DNA of 64,000 nucleotides. Origin: Candidatus Methylomirabilia bacterium. Its GTDB lineage: Bacteria; Methylomirabilota; Methylomirabilia; Rokubacteriales; CSP1-6. Positions 43,951-54,000 of the stretch are shown piece by piece (position 1 is the first letter of the stretch; each line of letters opens with the position of its first letter). Where the stretch lies: assembly GCA_041496385.1 (NCBI GenBank), contig JBGQEL010000005.1, positions 31,299 to 95,298 on the forward strand. Reading direction: 5' to 3'. The position numbers and the translations under genes were made by a program. The notes under the pieces are model-generated. The model worked only from the letters and a program-made list of their open reading frames with translations, ran no database searches and was not told where the DNA came from.

Positions 43951-45538
43951 GCCACACCTTCATGAACGTGTTGTTGTCGTAGCTCGTCAGCGCGGGCTTG
44001 TAGTTCATCAGCTTTTTGTCCTTGAAATACCAGCCCTCGACCCACGCGACGGGCACGGACGCCATGGGGCTCGTCAGGATGTGGCGCTGGAGCTCCCAGT
44101 AGAGCTGCTTGCGCTTGTCGCGATTGCCTTCGCGGAGCGCGCGCACGGCGAGGTCATCCACCTTGGCGTCCGGGTAGCGCCCGTAGTTGCTCCCGGCCTC
44201 GGTGGCGTAGACGACCGAGAAGAGCGACTCGGGATCGGGCGTGTCCATCGCGCGGTCCTGCGCCGCGATCATCGTGAAGTCGCCCTTGCCGAAGACCGCG
44301 TAGCCCGCGGCGCTCTCGTAGCTCTTGAGCGTTCCGCGGATCCCGACCTTGCGGAGCTGGGCCAGGACGAGCTGCGCCCGGTCCGTGTAGTTGCCGACGA
44401 TCCGGATGGCCACCTCGAGGTCGAGCCCGTTCGGATGGTGCTTCTCGACGAGGCGCTTGGCCTCGGCGACGTCCTGGTCCTTGGGCTGCCGGCAGCCAGG
44501 GAGCTTCTGGACCTCCTCGAGCGGCAGCGCGAAGTCGCCGACGAGCTTCGGGTCGAGCAGCGCGCAGGGCACGCCGGCGCCCTCGAGCGCCTTGCCCACC
44601 AGCTCCTGGCGATCGAGCGCCAGGAACACCGCGCGGCGGAGGTCCGGGTTGTCGAACGGCGGCTTCGTCGAGTTCAGGAAGAGCACCCAGAGGCTGTTCA
44701 CGGACGCCTGGTAGATGTCGACGTCGTTGCGTGCCCGCCCGAGCTCCTCCGCCTGCGTTTTCCGCATCGGCGGCCACGTGTCCCACAGCATGACCCGCGC
44801 CGCCTTCGCGGCGGCGAGCTGCGTCGGCCCTCCGACGAGGATGTACTGGCGCACGCCGTCGAGGTACGGCAGTCCCTTGACGAAGTAGTCGGGGTTCTTC
44901 TCCCACTCGATCAGATTGCCGCGCTCGTAGCGCTTGAACTTGAACGGCCCCGTGCCGATCTGGGCCTCGGGCCGGTTCAGGTCGCCGTACTTCTCGAGCA
45001 CGTGCTTGGCGGCGACGCGACACCAGGCCGAGGCGATGTTGCCGAGGAACGGCGCCGCCGCGAACTTCAGCCTGAACTGGACGGTGCTCGGGTCGACCAG
45101 CTCGACGGACGCCACCATCGGCTTGAGGGCGGCGCCGCACTTCGGGCCCTTGAAGTCCGGGTTCAGCATGCGGTCGAAGCTCGTCTTCACGTCGGCCGCG
45201 CCGAACGGCTGTCCGTCGTGCCACTTCACGCCCTTCCGGAGATGGAAGGTGTAGGTCTTGCCGTCGGGCGAGACCGTCCAGCGCTCGGCCAGGTCCGGCG
45301 CGATCTTCGACGGGTCGTCCGGATCGTAGTGGAGGAGACCGCTCCAGACGCCGGCGGTGGCCTGCTGGACCACGAGCGGCGACTCCGCGTGGACGTCGAG
45401 ACGTCCCGGGTCGCCGTAGTCGAACCAGGTGAGGATGCCGCCGTACCGGGGCTTGTCCTGCGCGGCGGCCACGGCCGCCGAGACGGCCAGGGCCAGCACG
45501 ATCGCGAGCATGGAACGAAGGCTGCGAGAGGCTTTCAT
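43940..45538 (-). CDS. ABC solute-binding protein, family 5 (DppA-like)
   Basis: PRYGGIL, PDLAERW...YTFHLRKGVKWHDG, GTGPF, KGLPYLD; AAGGGGAG SD before ATG 45538. Confidence 0.92.
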   Translation of the reverse strand: MKASRSLRSMLAIVLALAVSAAVAAAQDKPRYGGILTWFDYGDPGRLDVHAESPLVVQQATAGVWSGLLHYDPDDPSKIAPDLAERWTVSPDGKTYTFHLRKGVKWHDGQPFGAADVKTSFDRMLNPDFKGPKCGAALKPMVASVELVDPSTVQFRLKFAAAPFLGNIASAWCRVAAKHVLEKYGDLNRPEAQIGTGPFKFKRYERGNLIEWEKNPDYFVKGLPYLDGVRQYILVGGPTQLAAAKAARVMLWDTWPPMRKTQAEELGRARNDVDIYQASVNSLWVLFLNSTKPPFDNPDLRRAVFLALDRQELVGKALEGAGVPCALLDPKLVGDFALPLEEVQKLPGCRQPKDQDVAEAKRLVEKHHPNGLDLEVAIRIVGNYTDRAQLVLAQLRKVGIRGTLKSYESAAGYAVFGKGDFTMIAAQDRAMDTPDPESLFSVVYATEAGSNYGRYPDAKVDDLAVRALREGNRDKRKQLYWELQRHILTSPMASVPVAWVEGWYFKDKKLMNYKPALTSYDNNTFMKVWLRE

Positions 45539-45573
45539 TGACGCTCCCCTTGGTGGTGTCGTGGCTCGTCGAC

Positions 45574-46425
45574 TCATCCGAGTCCCCCGCGGAGCCGCGG
45601 ATCGGTGAGGTCCCGGATCGCGTCGCCGAGAAGGTTCAATCCGAAGACCGTGAGGCTGATCGCCAGCCCCGGAAACAGGAACATCCACGGCGCGGGCTCC
45701 ATCGCCTGCGTCCCCGCCGTGAGCATGGCGCCCCAGGACGGCTCGTCGGGCGGTGACCCCAGGCCCAGGAAGCTCAGCGAGGCCTCCACGACGATCGCGT
45801 ACGAGATGTTCACGGTGACCAGTACGATATAGGTCGCGAACGTGTTGGGCAAGACGTGCAGCGCGATCACGCGCCATTGCGGGCAGCCCACCGCCCGCGC
45901 CGCCTCGATGTACGGGCTCTCGCGGACGCCGAGCGCGACCGACCGGAGCGTCCGCGACGCGGTGGGCGTCAGGAGAATCACGAGCGCGACGATGACGTTG
46001 TTGACCGACTGGCCGAGCGCGGCCATGAGCGAGAGCGCAAGGATGATCGGCGGGAGCGCCATCAGCGTGTCCACGATCCGCTGGCTCGCCGTGTCCGCGA
46101 CGCCGCCCAGGTAGCCGGTGATCACGCCCCAGAGCCAGCCGAGCGTGACGCCGGAGACGACCGAGACGAGCGCGACGTAGAGCGAGAGGCGCGCGCCCCA
46201 GATCACGCGCGAGAGCACGTCGCGGCCGAGCTGGTCGGTGCCCAGGGGGAACTCGGCGCTCGGCGGCAAATACGGCGCGAACGCGGCCTCCTTGGGCCCG
46301 TGCGGCGCCAGCCGTGGGGCCAGGATCGCGGTCGCGACGAGCGCCAGCACGAGCACCGCGCCGACGGCGCCGAGCGGCTGACGGACGGTGAAGCGGCCGA
46401 GGCTCCGCACCACCCCGCGGATCAC
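45574..46425 (-). CDS. Peptide/nickel ABC permease (DppC-like)
   Basis: LGTDQLGRDVLSR, YIEAARAVG, EASLSFLGLG. Confidence 0.92.
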   Translation of the reverse strand: MIRGVVRSLGRFTVRQPLGAVGAVLVLALVATAILAPRLAPHGPKEAAFAPYLPPSAEFPLGTDQLGRDVLSRVIWGARLSLYVALVSVVSGVTLGWLWGVITGYLGGVADTASQRIVDTLMALPPIILALSLMAALGQSVNNVIVALVILLTPTASRTLRSVALGVRESPYIEAARAVGCPQWRVIALHVLPNTFATYIVLVTVNISYAIVVEASLSFLGLGSPPDEPSWGAMLTAGTQAMEPAPWMFLFPGLAISLTVFGLNLLGDAIRDLTDPRLRGGLG

Positions 46426-47387
46426 GCGTACTTGATCCGCGGGTCGAGCCACGCGTACAGGAGATCGACCGCCAGATTGAGCGTCATGAAGACCAGGGCC
46501 ATGACGAAGACCATCGCCTGGACGGTCGGGTAGTCGCGCTGGCTCACGGCGCTCGCGAGGGCCGAGCCCATCCCCGGCACCGAGAAGATGATCTCGACGA
46601 TCACGATGCCGCCGAGCAGCCGGCCGCCCCACCAGCCGACGAACGTCACGACGGGCAGGAGCGAGTTCGCGAGCGCGTGGCGGTAGACGACGGCGCGCTC
46701 GCCCAGCCCCTTGGCGCGCGCGGTCCGGACATAGTCCTGCCGGATGACCTCGAGGAGCTGCGAGCGCGTCAGCCGCGTGATCGGCGCGCTGATGTAGTAC
46801 GCCTGCACGAGCGCCGGCCAGATGAGCTGCTTGAGGTTCTCGAGGGGGTTCACCGTGAACGACACGAACTCGAGCGGCGGCAGCCACTGGAAGACGCGCA
46901 CGAGGCCGTACAGGACGAGGACGCCCGAGAAGAAGATCGGCAGCGAGAGGCCGCTGATCGAGAGCACGCGCACGAGATAGTCGGCCCAGGTGTTCTGCCG
47001 CACCGCCGAGACCACGCCGAGCGGAACCGCCCACACCATGGCGAGCAGGATCGTGAGGAACGCCAGCTCGAGCGAGCGCGGCACCCGCTCCTTCAGGATC
47101 TCGGCCACGGGACGCTTCTGCATGTACGACTGCCCGAAGTCGCCGCGCAGCGCGCCGCCGAGCCAGTCCAGGTACTGCACGACGACCGGACGGTCGAGCC
47201 CGAGCTCGGCGCGAATCTGTCTGATCTGCTTCTGCTGCACGGTGCTCGACTCGCTGCCCGTCTGATAGACGAGGATCTCGGCGATGTCGCCGGGCACGAG
47301 CCGCAGCAGCACGAAGATCAGGATGGACGCGCCCAGGAGCGTCGGGACGAAGAGCAGGAGCCGCCGCGTGACGTACCGACCGCCCAC
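46422..47387 (-). CDS. Peptide/nickel ABC permease (DppB-like)
   Basis: GLDRP, GDFGQS, DYVRTARAKG, RDYPTVQ, LDPRI. Confidence 0.92.
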   Translation of the reverse strand: MGGRYVTRRLLLFVPTLLGASILIFVLLRLVPGDIAEILVYQTGSESSTVQQKQIRQIRAELGLDRPVVVQYLDWLGGALRGDFGQSYMQKRPVAEILKERVPRSLELAFLTILLAMVWAVPLGVVSAVRQNTWADYLVRVLSISGLSLPIFFSGVLVLYGLVRVFQWLPPLEFVSFTVNPLENLKQLIWPALVQAYYISAPITRLTRSQLLEVIRQDYVRTARAKGLGERAVVYRHALANSLLPVVTFVGWWGGRLLGGIVIVEIIFSVPGMGSALASAVSQRDYPTVQAMVFVMALVFMTLNLAVDLLYAWLDPRIKYA

Positions 47388-47551
47388 GGGCCTAGCGTCC
47401 GACGACGTCCCTGGTCTTCAAGGCGCGCTATCTTCCACCACGCAACGGAAGCGCGTCAACGCGCGCCGCGCCACGGCGGCGGTCCCCGGCGCCCCTCTTT
47501 TCCACCCGCGGGGGCACGCGCCGGGAGTACGATGCTCCCCATGGTGAGACG

Positions 47552-47839
47552 GTGAGCCGTCGCGGGCACTACGGCTTCGAGCGCAGACGCCGGCAGGACA
47601 TTCAGAAGGCCAAGCAGGAGGCGAAGCGGCTCCGCAAGACCGAGCGCGCGGAGTCCGGCGTCTCCGGCCCCGAGATGGGCGAGGCACAGGACGCGAGCGC
47701 TCAGCCTGGAGTCTGGGAGTGGTTCTCGCCGAGCCGCGGCCGGACGGTGACGTCCCCGGCCGGCGTGCGGCCCGATCCGGAGCCGCCGGACGACTGGACG
47801 CTGCTGACGGACGTCGAGCCGGACGCGCCGAGCGAGTAG
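47552..47839 (+). CDS. Hypothetical protein with a basic N-terminus
   Basis: Fills the intergenic space with GC-biased codons; preceded by TACGAT and a coupled MVRR* micro-ORF (47541-47555). Confidence 0.6.
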   Translation: MSRRGHYGFERRRRQDIQKAKQEAKRLRKTERAESGVSGPEMGEAQDASAQPGVWEWFSPSRGRTVTSPAGVRPDPEPPDDWTLLTDVEPDAPSE

Positions 47840-47860
47840 CGCGGCGCGCGGGCGCGCCGG

Positions 47861-48049
47861 CTAGGCCTTGAAGCCGATCTTGTTGTGGGAGCCGTCGCAG
47901 AACGGCTTGTTGCTCGAGCCGCCGCACCGGCAGAGCGCGATCGACGGCTTGCCGCCCGTGTCGAGCTTCTTGCCGGAGGCGTCGAACACCTCGCACTCGC
48001 CTTCGACCAGGACCGGACCATTGGCACGCACCGAAATCTTGACGGGCAT
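47861..48049 (-). CDS. CDGSH iron-sulfur domain protein
   Basis: NGP...ALCRCGGSSNKPFCDGSH; GAGGAGGAG SD. Confidence 0.93.
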   Translation of the reverse strand: MPVKISVRANGPVLVEGECEVFDASGKKLDTGGKPSIALCRCGGSSNKPFCDGSHNKIGFKA

Positions 48050-48115
48050 GAGCTCGCTCCTCCTCGGGGATTGGCCAGCGCCCCACAAGATACCATCACC
48101 CGGTAGACTGCTCGC

Positions 48116-49540
48116 GTGAAAGCGCGGGGCGCGATCCTGCTCATCGCCTGCTACGAGCTCGGCCGTCAGCCGCTCGCGGTGGCGTGGCCGGCGGCGTTCC
48201 TCGAGCGCGCCGGGTACGCGCCCGCGGTCCTCGACGTCTCCGTCGAGCCGTTCGACGGCGAGAAGGTCGCCCGGGCCCGGCTCGTCGCGATCTCGGTCCC
48301 GATGCACACCGCGCTGCGTCTCGGCGCCGGCGTCGCGGCGCGGGTGCGGGCCGCGAACCCGCGCTGCCACATCGCCTTCTACGGTCTCTACGCGACGCTC
48401 AACGCGGACCACCTCCTGGCGCAGGGCGCCGACTCCATCCTGTCGGGTGAGGTCGAAGCCGCCCTCGTCGACCTGGCCCGGGCGCTCGAGGGCGCGCACG
48501 GCGGAGCCCGTCCTGTCCTCCCGCCCGTGCTGCAGAAGCTCGAGTTCCCGGTGCCCAGTCGCGCCGGGCTTCCGGCCTTGAAGCAGTACGCGCACGTCGA
48601 GAAGCACGGCCGGCTCGAGCTGGCGGGCCACGTCGAGGCGAGCCGCGGCTGCCGGCACCTGTGCCGCCATTGCCCCATCCCGCCCGTGTACGGCGGGCGG
48701 TTCTTCGTCGTGCCCGAGGCGGTCGTGCTCGCGGACATCCGCCAGCAGGTCGCGGCGGGCGCGACCCACGTCAGCTTCGGGGACCCCGACTTCCTGAACG
48801 GGCCGGGCCACGCGCTCCGCGTCGCCCGCGCCCTGCACGCGGAATTCCCGCGGCTCAGCTTCGACTTCACGGCGAAGGTCGAGCACCTGCTCCGCCACCG
48901 CGCCCGGCTCCCCGAGCTCGCCCGGCTGGGCTGCATCTTCATCGTGACCGCGGCCGAGTCGCTGAGCGACACCGTCCTGGTACACCTCGCCAAGGGTCAC
49001 ACGCGCGCCGACGTCGCCGCGGCGCTCGAGGTGGTCCGCGAGGCCGGCATCGCGCTCCGGCCGACGTGGGTGCCGCTCACGCCGTGGACGACACTCGAGG
49101 ACTACCGGGAGCTCCTGGAGTTCGTCGAGCGCCACGAGCTGGTCGACGCGATCGATCCGGTGCAGTACTCGATCCGCCTGCTCGTGCCGCCGGGCTCCCT
49201 CCTGCTCGAGAGCGCCGCCATGCGGCCGTTCCTCGGCCCGCTCGTCGAGGGGGCCTTCCACTACCGCTGGACGCATCCGGACCCGCGGCTGGAGCGGCTC
49301 GCCGGGGCCGTCGGCGCGCTCATCGCGGAGGCCGCCGACCGCCGCGAGGACCCGGCGCTCACGTTCCAGCGCGTCCGCCGGCTCGCCGACGAGGCCGCCG
49401 GGCTCGCGCCGCACCCGATCGCCGCACCCCGGCCGGATCGCGCGCGCCCGCCGCGGCTCACCGAGCCCTGGTTCTGCTGAGCGGAGCCCACAGAGGGCCA
49501 GTTGGCCCTGAGCGGACTTTCGGGTACAGTACCCGTGTAA
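48116..49540 (+). CDS. CUAEP-tail radical SAM selenoprotein (UGA at 49478-49480 read as Sec)
   Basis: CRHLCRHC (CxxxCxxC); N-terminal B12-binding-like region; readthrough gives PWFC-U-AEPTEGQLALSGLSGTVPV-TAA; hairpin directly after the UGA. Confidence 0.85.
49481..49515 (+). promoter_or_regulatory. Putative bacterial SECIS element
   Basis: AGGGCC-AGTT-GGCCCT stem-loop at 49494-49509; the G-containing loop starts 19 nt after the UGA. Confidence 0.7.
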
Positions 49541-49551
49541 GAGGTGGAGCC

Positions 49552-49833
49552 ATGAGCGACGAACTCAAGCAAAAGGTCCAGGAACTGATCGACACGATGA
49601 TCAACCCCGCGGTCGCCGGGCACGGCGGCTACGTGGAGCTCATCGACGTCCAGGACAATCGCGTCTACGTCCAGATGGGCGGCGGGTGCCAGGGCTGCGG
49701 CGCGGCCGACGTGACGCTGAAGGCGGGGATCGAGCGGCTGATCAAGGAAGAGCTCCCCGAGGTGGCGGAGGTTCTGGACACGACCGATCACGCCTCCGGC
49801 GCCAACCCCTACTACACGCCGGGCAAAGCCTAG
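49552..49833 (+). CDS. NifU/NfuA-type Fe-S cluster carrier
   Basis: INPAVAGHGG, MGGGCQGC, TLKAGIE, DTTDHASGANPYY. Confidence 0.92.
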   Translation: MSDELKQKVQELIDTMINPAVAGHGGYVELIDVQDNRVYVQMGGGCQGCGAADVTLKAGIERLIKEELPEVAEVLDTTDHASGANPYYTPGKA

Positions 49834-49860
49834 CCAGAGCGCGTCGTCCCGGGAGGTGCG

Positions 49861-51090
49861 ATGGACCGGGTGCTCCTCCTGCTGCCGACGACGACCTACC
49901 GAACCCAGGCGTTCGTCGACGCGGCGCGCGGCCTCGGCGTCGACCTCGTCTGCGCCTCCGAGCGCCCGAGCACCCTCGAGGCGCACGCCCCCGAGCATCT
50001 GATCACCCTCGACTTCGACCAGCCCGCGCGCGCGGCGGAGGACGTCGCGCGCTTCGCGAAGAGTCGTCCGATCGGCGCCGTCGTCGGTGTCGACGATCGC
50101 ACGGCCGAGGCCGCGGCCGCGATCGCCGAGCGGCTCGGGCTCAGGACGAGCACGCAGGCCGCCGTCCACGCGGCGCGCGACAAGCACGCGATGCGCGAGC
50201 GTCTGGCCGCGGCCGGCGTGCCGGTCCCGCGGTTCCGCCTGGTCCGGCTCGCCGACGACCCCGAGCGGCTCGCGCGCGGCGCCGGCTACCCCTGCGTGCT
50301 CAAGCCGCTGGCGCTCTCGGCGAGCCGCGGCGTCATCCGCGCCGATGATCCCGCCGGATTCGTCGCCGCCTTCCACCGCATCGCCGCGATCCTGCGCCGT
50401 GACGACGTGAGCGCCGAGGGCAAGGCGGCCACGCACCTGCTCGTCGAGGCGTTCGTGCCCGGCATCGAGGTCGCGCTCGAGGGCCTCCTGATGGCGGGCG
50501 GGCTCCAGACGCTGGCGCTCTTCGACAAGCCCGATCCGCTCGAGGGCCCCTTCTTCGAGGAGACGATCTACGTGACCCCCTCGCGCCTCCCGCGCGACGT
50601 GCAGGCGCGGATCGAGCGGGTCACCCTCGCCGCCTGCGCGGCGCTCGGGCTCACGGAGGGGCCCGTGCACGCCGAGCTCCGCGTGAACGAGGCCGGACCC
50701 TGGGTGCTCGAGGTCGCGCCGCGCTCGATCGGCGGCCTCTGCTCGCGCACGCTGCGGTTCGGCACGGGCGTGACGCTCGAGGAGCTGATCCTGCGCCAGG
50801 CGCTCGGCTGGAAGATCGCCTCGTTCGACCGCGAGCGCCGCGCCGCGGGGGTCATGATGATCCCGATCCCCCGCGCCGGCCGCCTCGAGACCGTGCGCGG
50901 CCAGGATGCGGCGGCGGCCGTCGCGGGCGTCGAGGAGGTCGCGATCACCGCGCACGCCGGTCAGGAGCTGGTGCCGCTGCCGGAGGGCTGGCAGTACCTC
51001 GGCTTCATCTTCGCGCGCGCCGGCACGCCGGAGGCGGTCGAGCACGCCCTCCGCGCGGCGCACGCACGCCTCGTCTTCGACATTGCCTGA
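49861..51090 (+). CDS. ATP-grasp ligase (L-amino acid ligase-like)
   Basis: RDKHAMR, PCVLKP, SASRGV, LVEAFVPG, HAELR, LEVAPR. Confidence 0.88.
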   Translation: MDRVLLLLPTTTYRTQAFVDAARGLGVDLVCASERPSTLEAHAPEHLITLDFDQPARAAEDVARFAKSRPIGAVVGVDDRTAEAAAAIAERLGLRTSTQAAVHAARDKHAMRERLAAAGVPVPRFRLVRLADDPERLARGAGYPCVLKPLALSASRGVIRADDPAGFVAAFHRIAAILRRDDVSAEGKAATHLLVEAFVPGIEVALEGLLMAGGLQTLALFDKPDPLEGPFFEETIYVTPSRLPRDVQARIERVTLAACAALGLTEGPVHAELRVNEAGPWVLEVAPRSIGGLCSRTLRFGTGVTLEELILRQALGWKIASFDRERRAAGVMMIPIPRAGRLETVRGQDAAAAVAGVEEVAITAHAGQELVPLPEGWQYLGFIFARAGTPEAVEHALRAAHARLVFDIA

Positions 51091-54000
51091 GCGCCGCCCA
51101 CGGTCCGACCTGGCGCGCCTGCGCGCCCTCACACGCCTCAACCGCCTCATCACCTCCTCGCTCCAGACGGACGACGTCCTCCGCGAGATCGCGCGCGCGG
51201 CCGCCGCGCTGATGGCAAGCGCCTCCGCGTCCTTCGCGCTCGTGGACGAGGGTGCCCGGACGATCGACCTGCGCGCCTGGTCGGACGAGGCCGTGGGCGC
51301 CGACTTCCCGCGCCGCCGGCTCGGGTTCGACGACGGCGCGCTGGGCTGGATCGCGACCCACCGCCAGCCGCTCAACGTCCCGGACACGCTCAAGGACGGC
51401 CGGTTCTTCGCCACCGACTGGCTCCGCGCGCACGGGTTCACGAGCTACCTCGGCGTCCCCGTCGTCCTCGACGGCGGGCTCCTCGCGATCCTGTCGCTGA
51501 ACGCCCGCAAGCCCTTTCGGCTCACCTCGGAGGACAGGGACCTGCTCGAGAGCTTCGTCGCCCAGGCGGCGGTCGCGATCCGCAACGCCCGGCTGTACGA
51601 CGAGGCGTCCGCCGGGCGTCGCGAGGCCGAGGTGATCGCCGACCTCGCGCGTAGCATCAGCGCGTCGCTCGACCTCGACACCGTGCTCCAGCGGCTGGCC
51701 GAGAGCGCGCGCGAGCTCACCCGCAGCGACATGGCGCGGATCGCCCTGCGGGACCCGGGCGCGGACACGATGACGATCCGCGCGCGCGCGGGTTCGCGCT
51801 ACGAGGGCTACCGCGCCTTCCGCGTCGAGCCCGGGAAGGGCTCGGGCGGGCTCGTCATGCAGACCGGGCGCCCGTTCCGGAGCGACGACTACCTCGCCGA
51901 CCCCCGGATCACCACCGACTACCACCGCATCGCCCAGGCGGAGGGCATGGTGGCCCACCTCGCGGTGCCGATCAGGAGCGCCGACCTGATCGAGGGCCTC
52001 CTCTACGTGGACACCCGCGAGCCGCGGCCGTTCAGCGATCGTGACGAAGCCGTCCTGATGCGGCTCGCCGATCACGCCGCGGTCGCGATCCAGAACGCGC
52101 GCCTGTTCGCCGAGTCGGCGGCGCGCCGACGGAGCGCCGAGATCCTGGCGCAGCTCGGCCGCGCGCTCGGCGAGACGCTCGACCCGCGGGTCGTCGGGCA
52201 GCGCGTGGTGGAGAACGCGCGCCGCCTGCTGCGCGTGCGCGGCACGGTGCTCTACCGGCTCCGGCAGGACGGCGCGCTCGCGGTGATCGCGGCCGCCGGC
52301 GAGACGGGGTCCTTCCGCAGCGGCGCGTTCGAGCTGGCGCCGGGGGTCGGCGTGGGCGGCGCCGCCGTGCGCGACCGCCAGCCCTTCGCGACGCGCAACG
52401 TGCTCGAGGAGCCGCGGATCACGCTGCCGCCCGACGCCCGCGCCGCGATCGAGCGGGCCGGCCACCGGTCGGCGCTCGCGGTGCCGCTCATCGTGGAGGA
52501 CCGGGTCATCGGCGCCCTCGCCGCCGGGGACGCGCCGGGCCGGACGTTCTCCCCGGACGAGATCCGGCTGGTGCAGGCGTTCGCGAGCGAGGCGGCGCTC
52601 GCGCTCGAGCACGCGCGGCTGTACGAGGAGGCCGAGCGACGGCGGCGCGAGACCGAGTTCACGGCCGAGATCGCGCGGGCGATCAGCGCCTCGCTCGATC
52701 TCGACACCGTGCTCCAGCGCATCACCGACGGCGCGAAGGATCTCGTCGGCGGCGACACGGCGATGATCGGGTTCCGGGAGGGCGGCGCGGAGGCCGTCAC
52801 GGTCCGCTATCGCGTCGGCTCGCGCTACTCGTCGGACCGCGCGCTGTCGATCGAGCCCGGCAAGGGCCTCGGCGGGATGGCCCTCCTGACCGGCCTCCCG
52901 TGCCGGACGGACGACTACGCCGCCGATGCGCGCTTCGGCAAGGAGTATCTCGGCGCGATCCGGCGCGACGGCGTCGTCTCGGCGATCGTGGTCCCGATCA
53001 GGACGGACGCGCGGGTGGTCGGCGTGCTCTACGTGGCCAACCGCACGCCGCGCCCGTTCACCGACGGGGACGAGACGGTCCTGCTCAGGCTGGCCGACGG
53101 CGCCGCGATCGCGATCAAGAACGCCCAGCTCTACGCCCGCGAGCGTGAGAGCGAGCGGCGCGCCCGCAGCCTGTTCGAGAACGCCAACGATCCGGTCGCC
53201 ACGTTCGCGCTCGACGGCACGATCACGAGCGCGAACCCCGAGATGGCGCGGATCCTCGGCTACGCGCGCGAGGAGCTGATCGGCGAGCACTTCAGCCGGT
53301 TCGCGACCCCGGCGACCGTCAGGCTGATGGAGGACCGCGCGCGGCGGGCGCTCGCGGGTGAGAAGGTTCCGCCGACCGTTGAGGTCGACATCCTGCGCCG
53401 GGACGGCGTCGTGGTCATCGCCGAGGGGCGCATCAGCGTCATGCGCGACGCGGCCGGCAGGGTCACCGGCTGGCAGGTGATCTACCGCGACATGACCGAC
53501 CGCGCGCGCGCGGAGCAGGCGCTCCGCGCGAGCGAGGAGCGCTACCGCACGCTCGTCGAGGGCTCGATCCAGGGGGTCATGATCCTGCGCGACTGGCTCA
53601 CCCTCTTCGCCAACGGGCCGCTCGCCGCGATGCTCGGCTACGCGAGCCAGGAGGAGCTCATCGGCGTCGACGCGCGCCGCTGGATCGCGCCGCACGAGCT
53701 GCCGCGCATCGAGCGCTACGGCGCCGCGCGGGAGCGGGGCGAGCCCGCGCCCTCCCACTACGAGTTCCAGGCCGTCCGGCGGGACGGGACGCTGATCTGG
53801 GCCGAGGTCCAGCTGTCGCCGATCGTGTGGGACGGCGAGCCCGCGGTCCAGGTCGCGGGGTTCGACGTCACCGAGCGCCGGCGGGCGGAGGAGGCCCTGC
53901 GCGAGTCGAGCGAGTTCCAGAAGCAGGTCATCGCCGGCGCGCGCGAGGGCATCGTCGTCTACGACCGCGAGCTGCGCTACGTCGTCTGGAACCCGCTCAT

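Noticed and set aside
47552..47839. RiPP precursor for the rSAM/ATP-grasp enzymes
   Set aside because: No leader/core pattern, no RRE or SPASM domain visible, and the ATP-grasp looks LAL-type rather than graspetide-type
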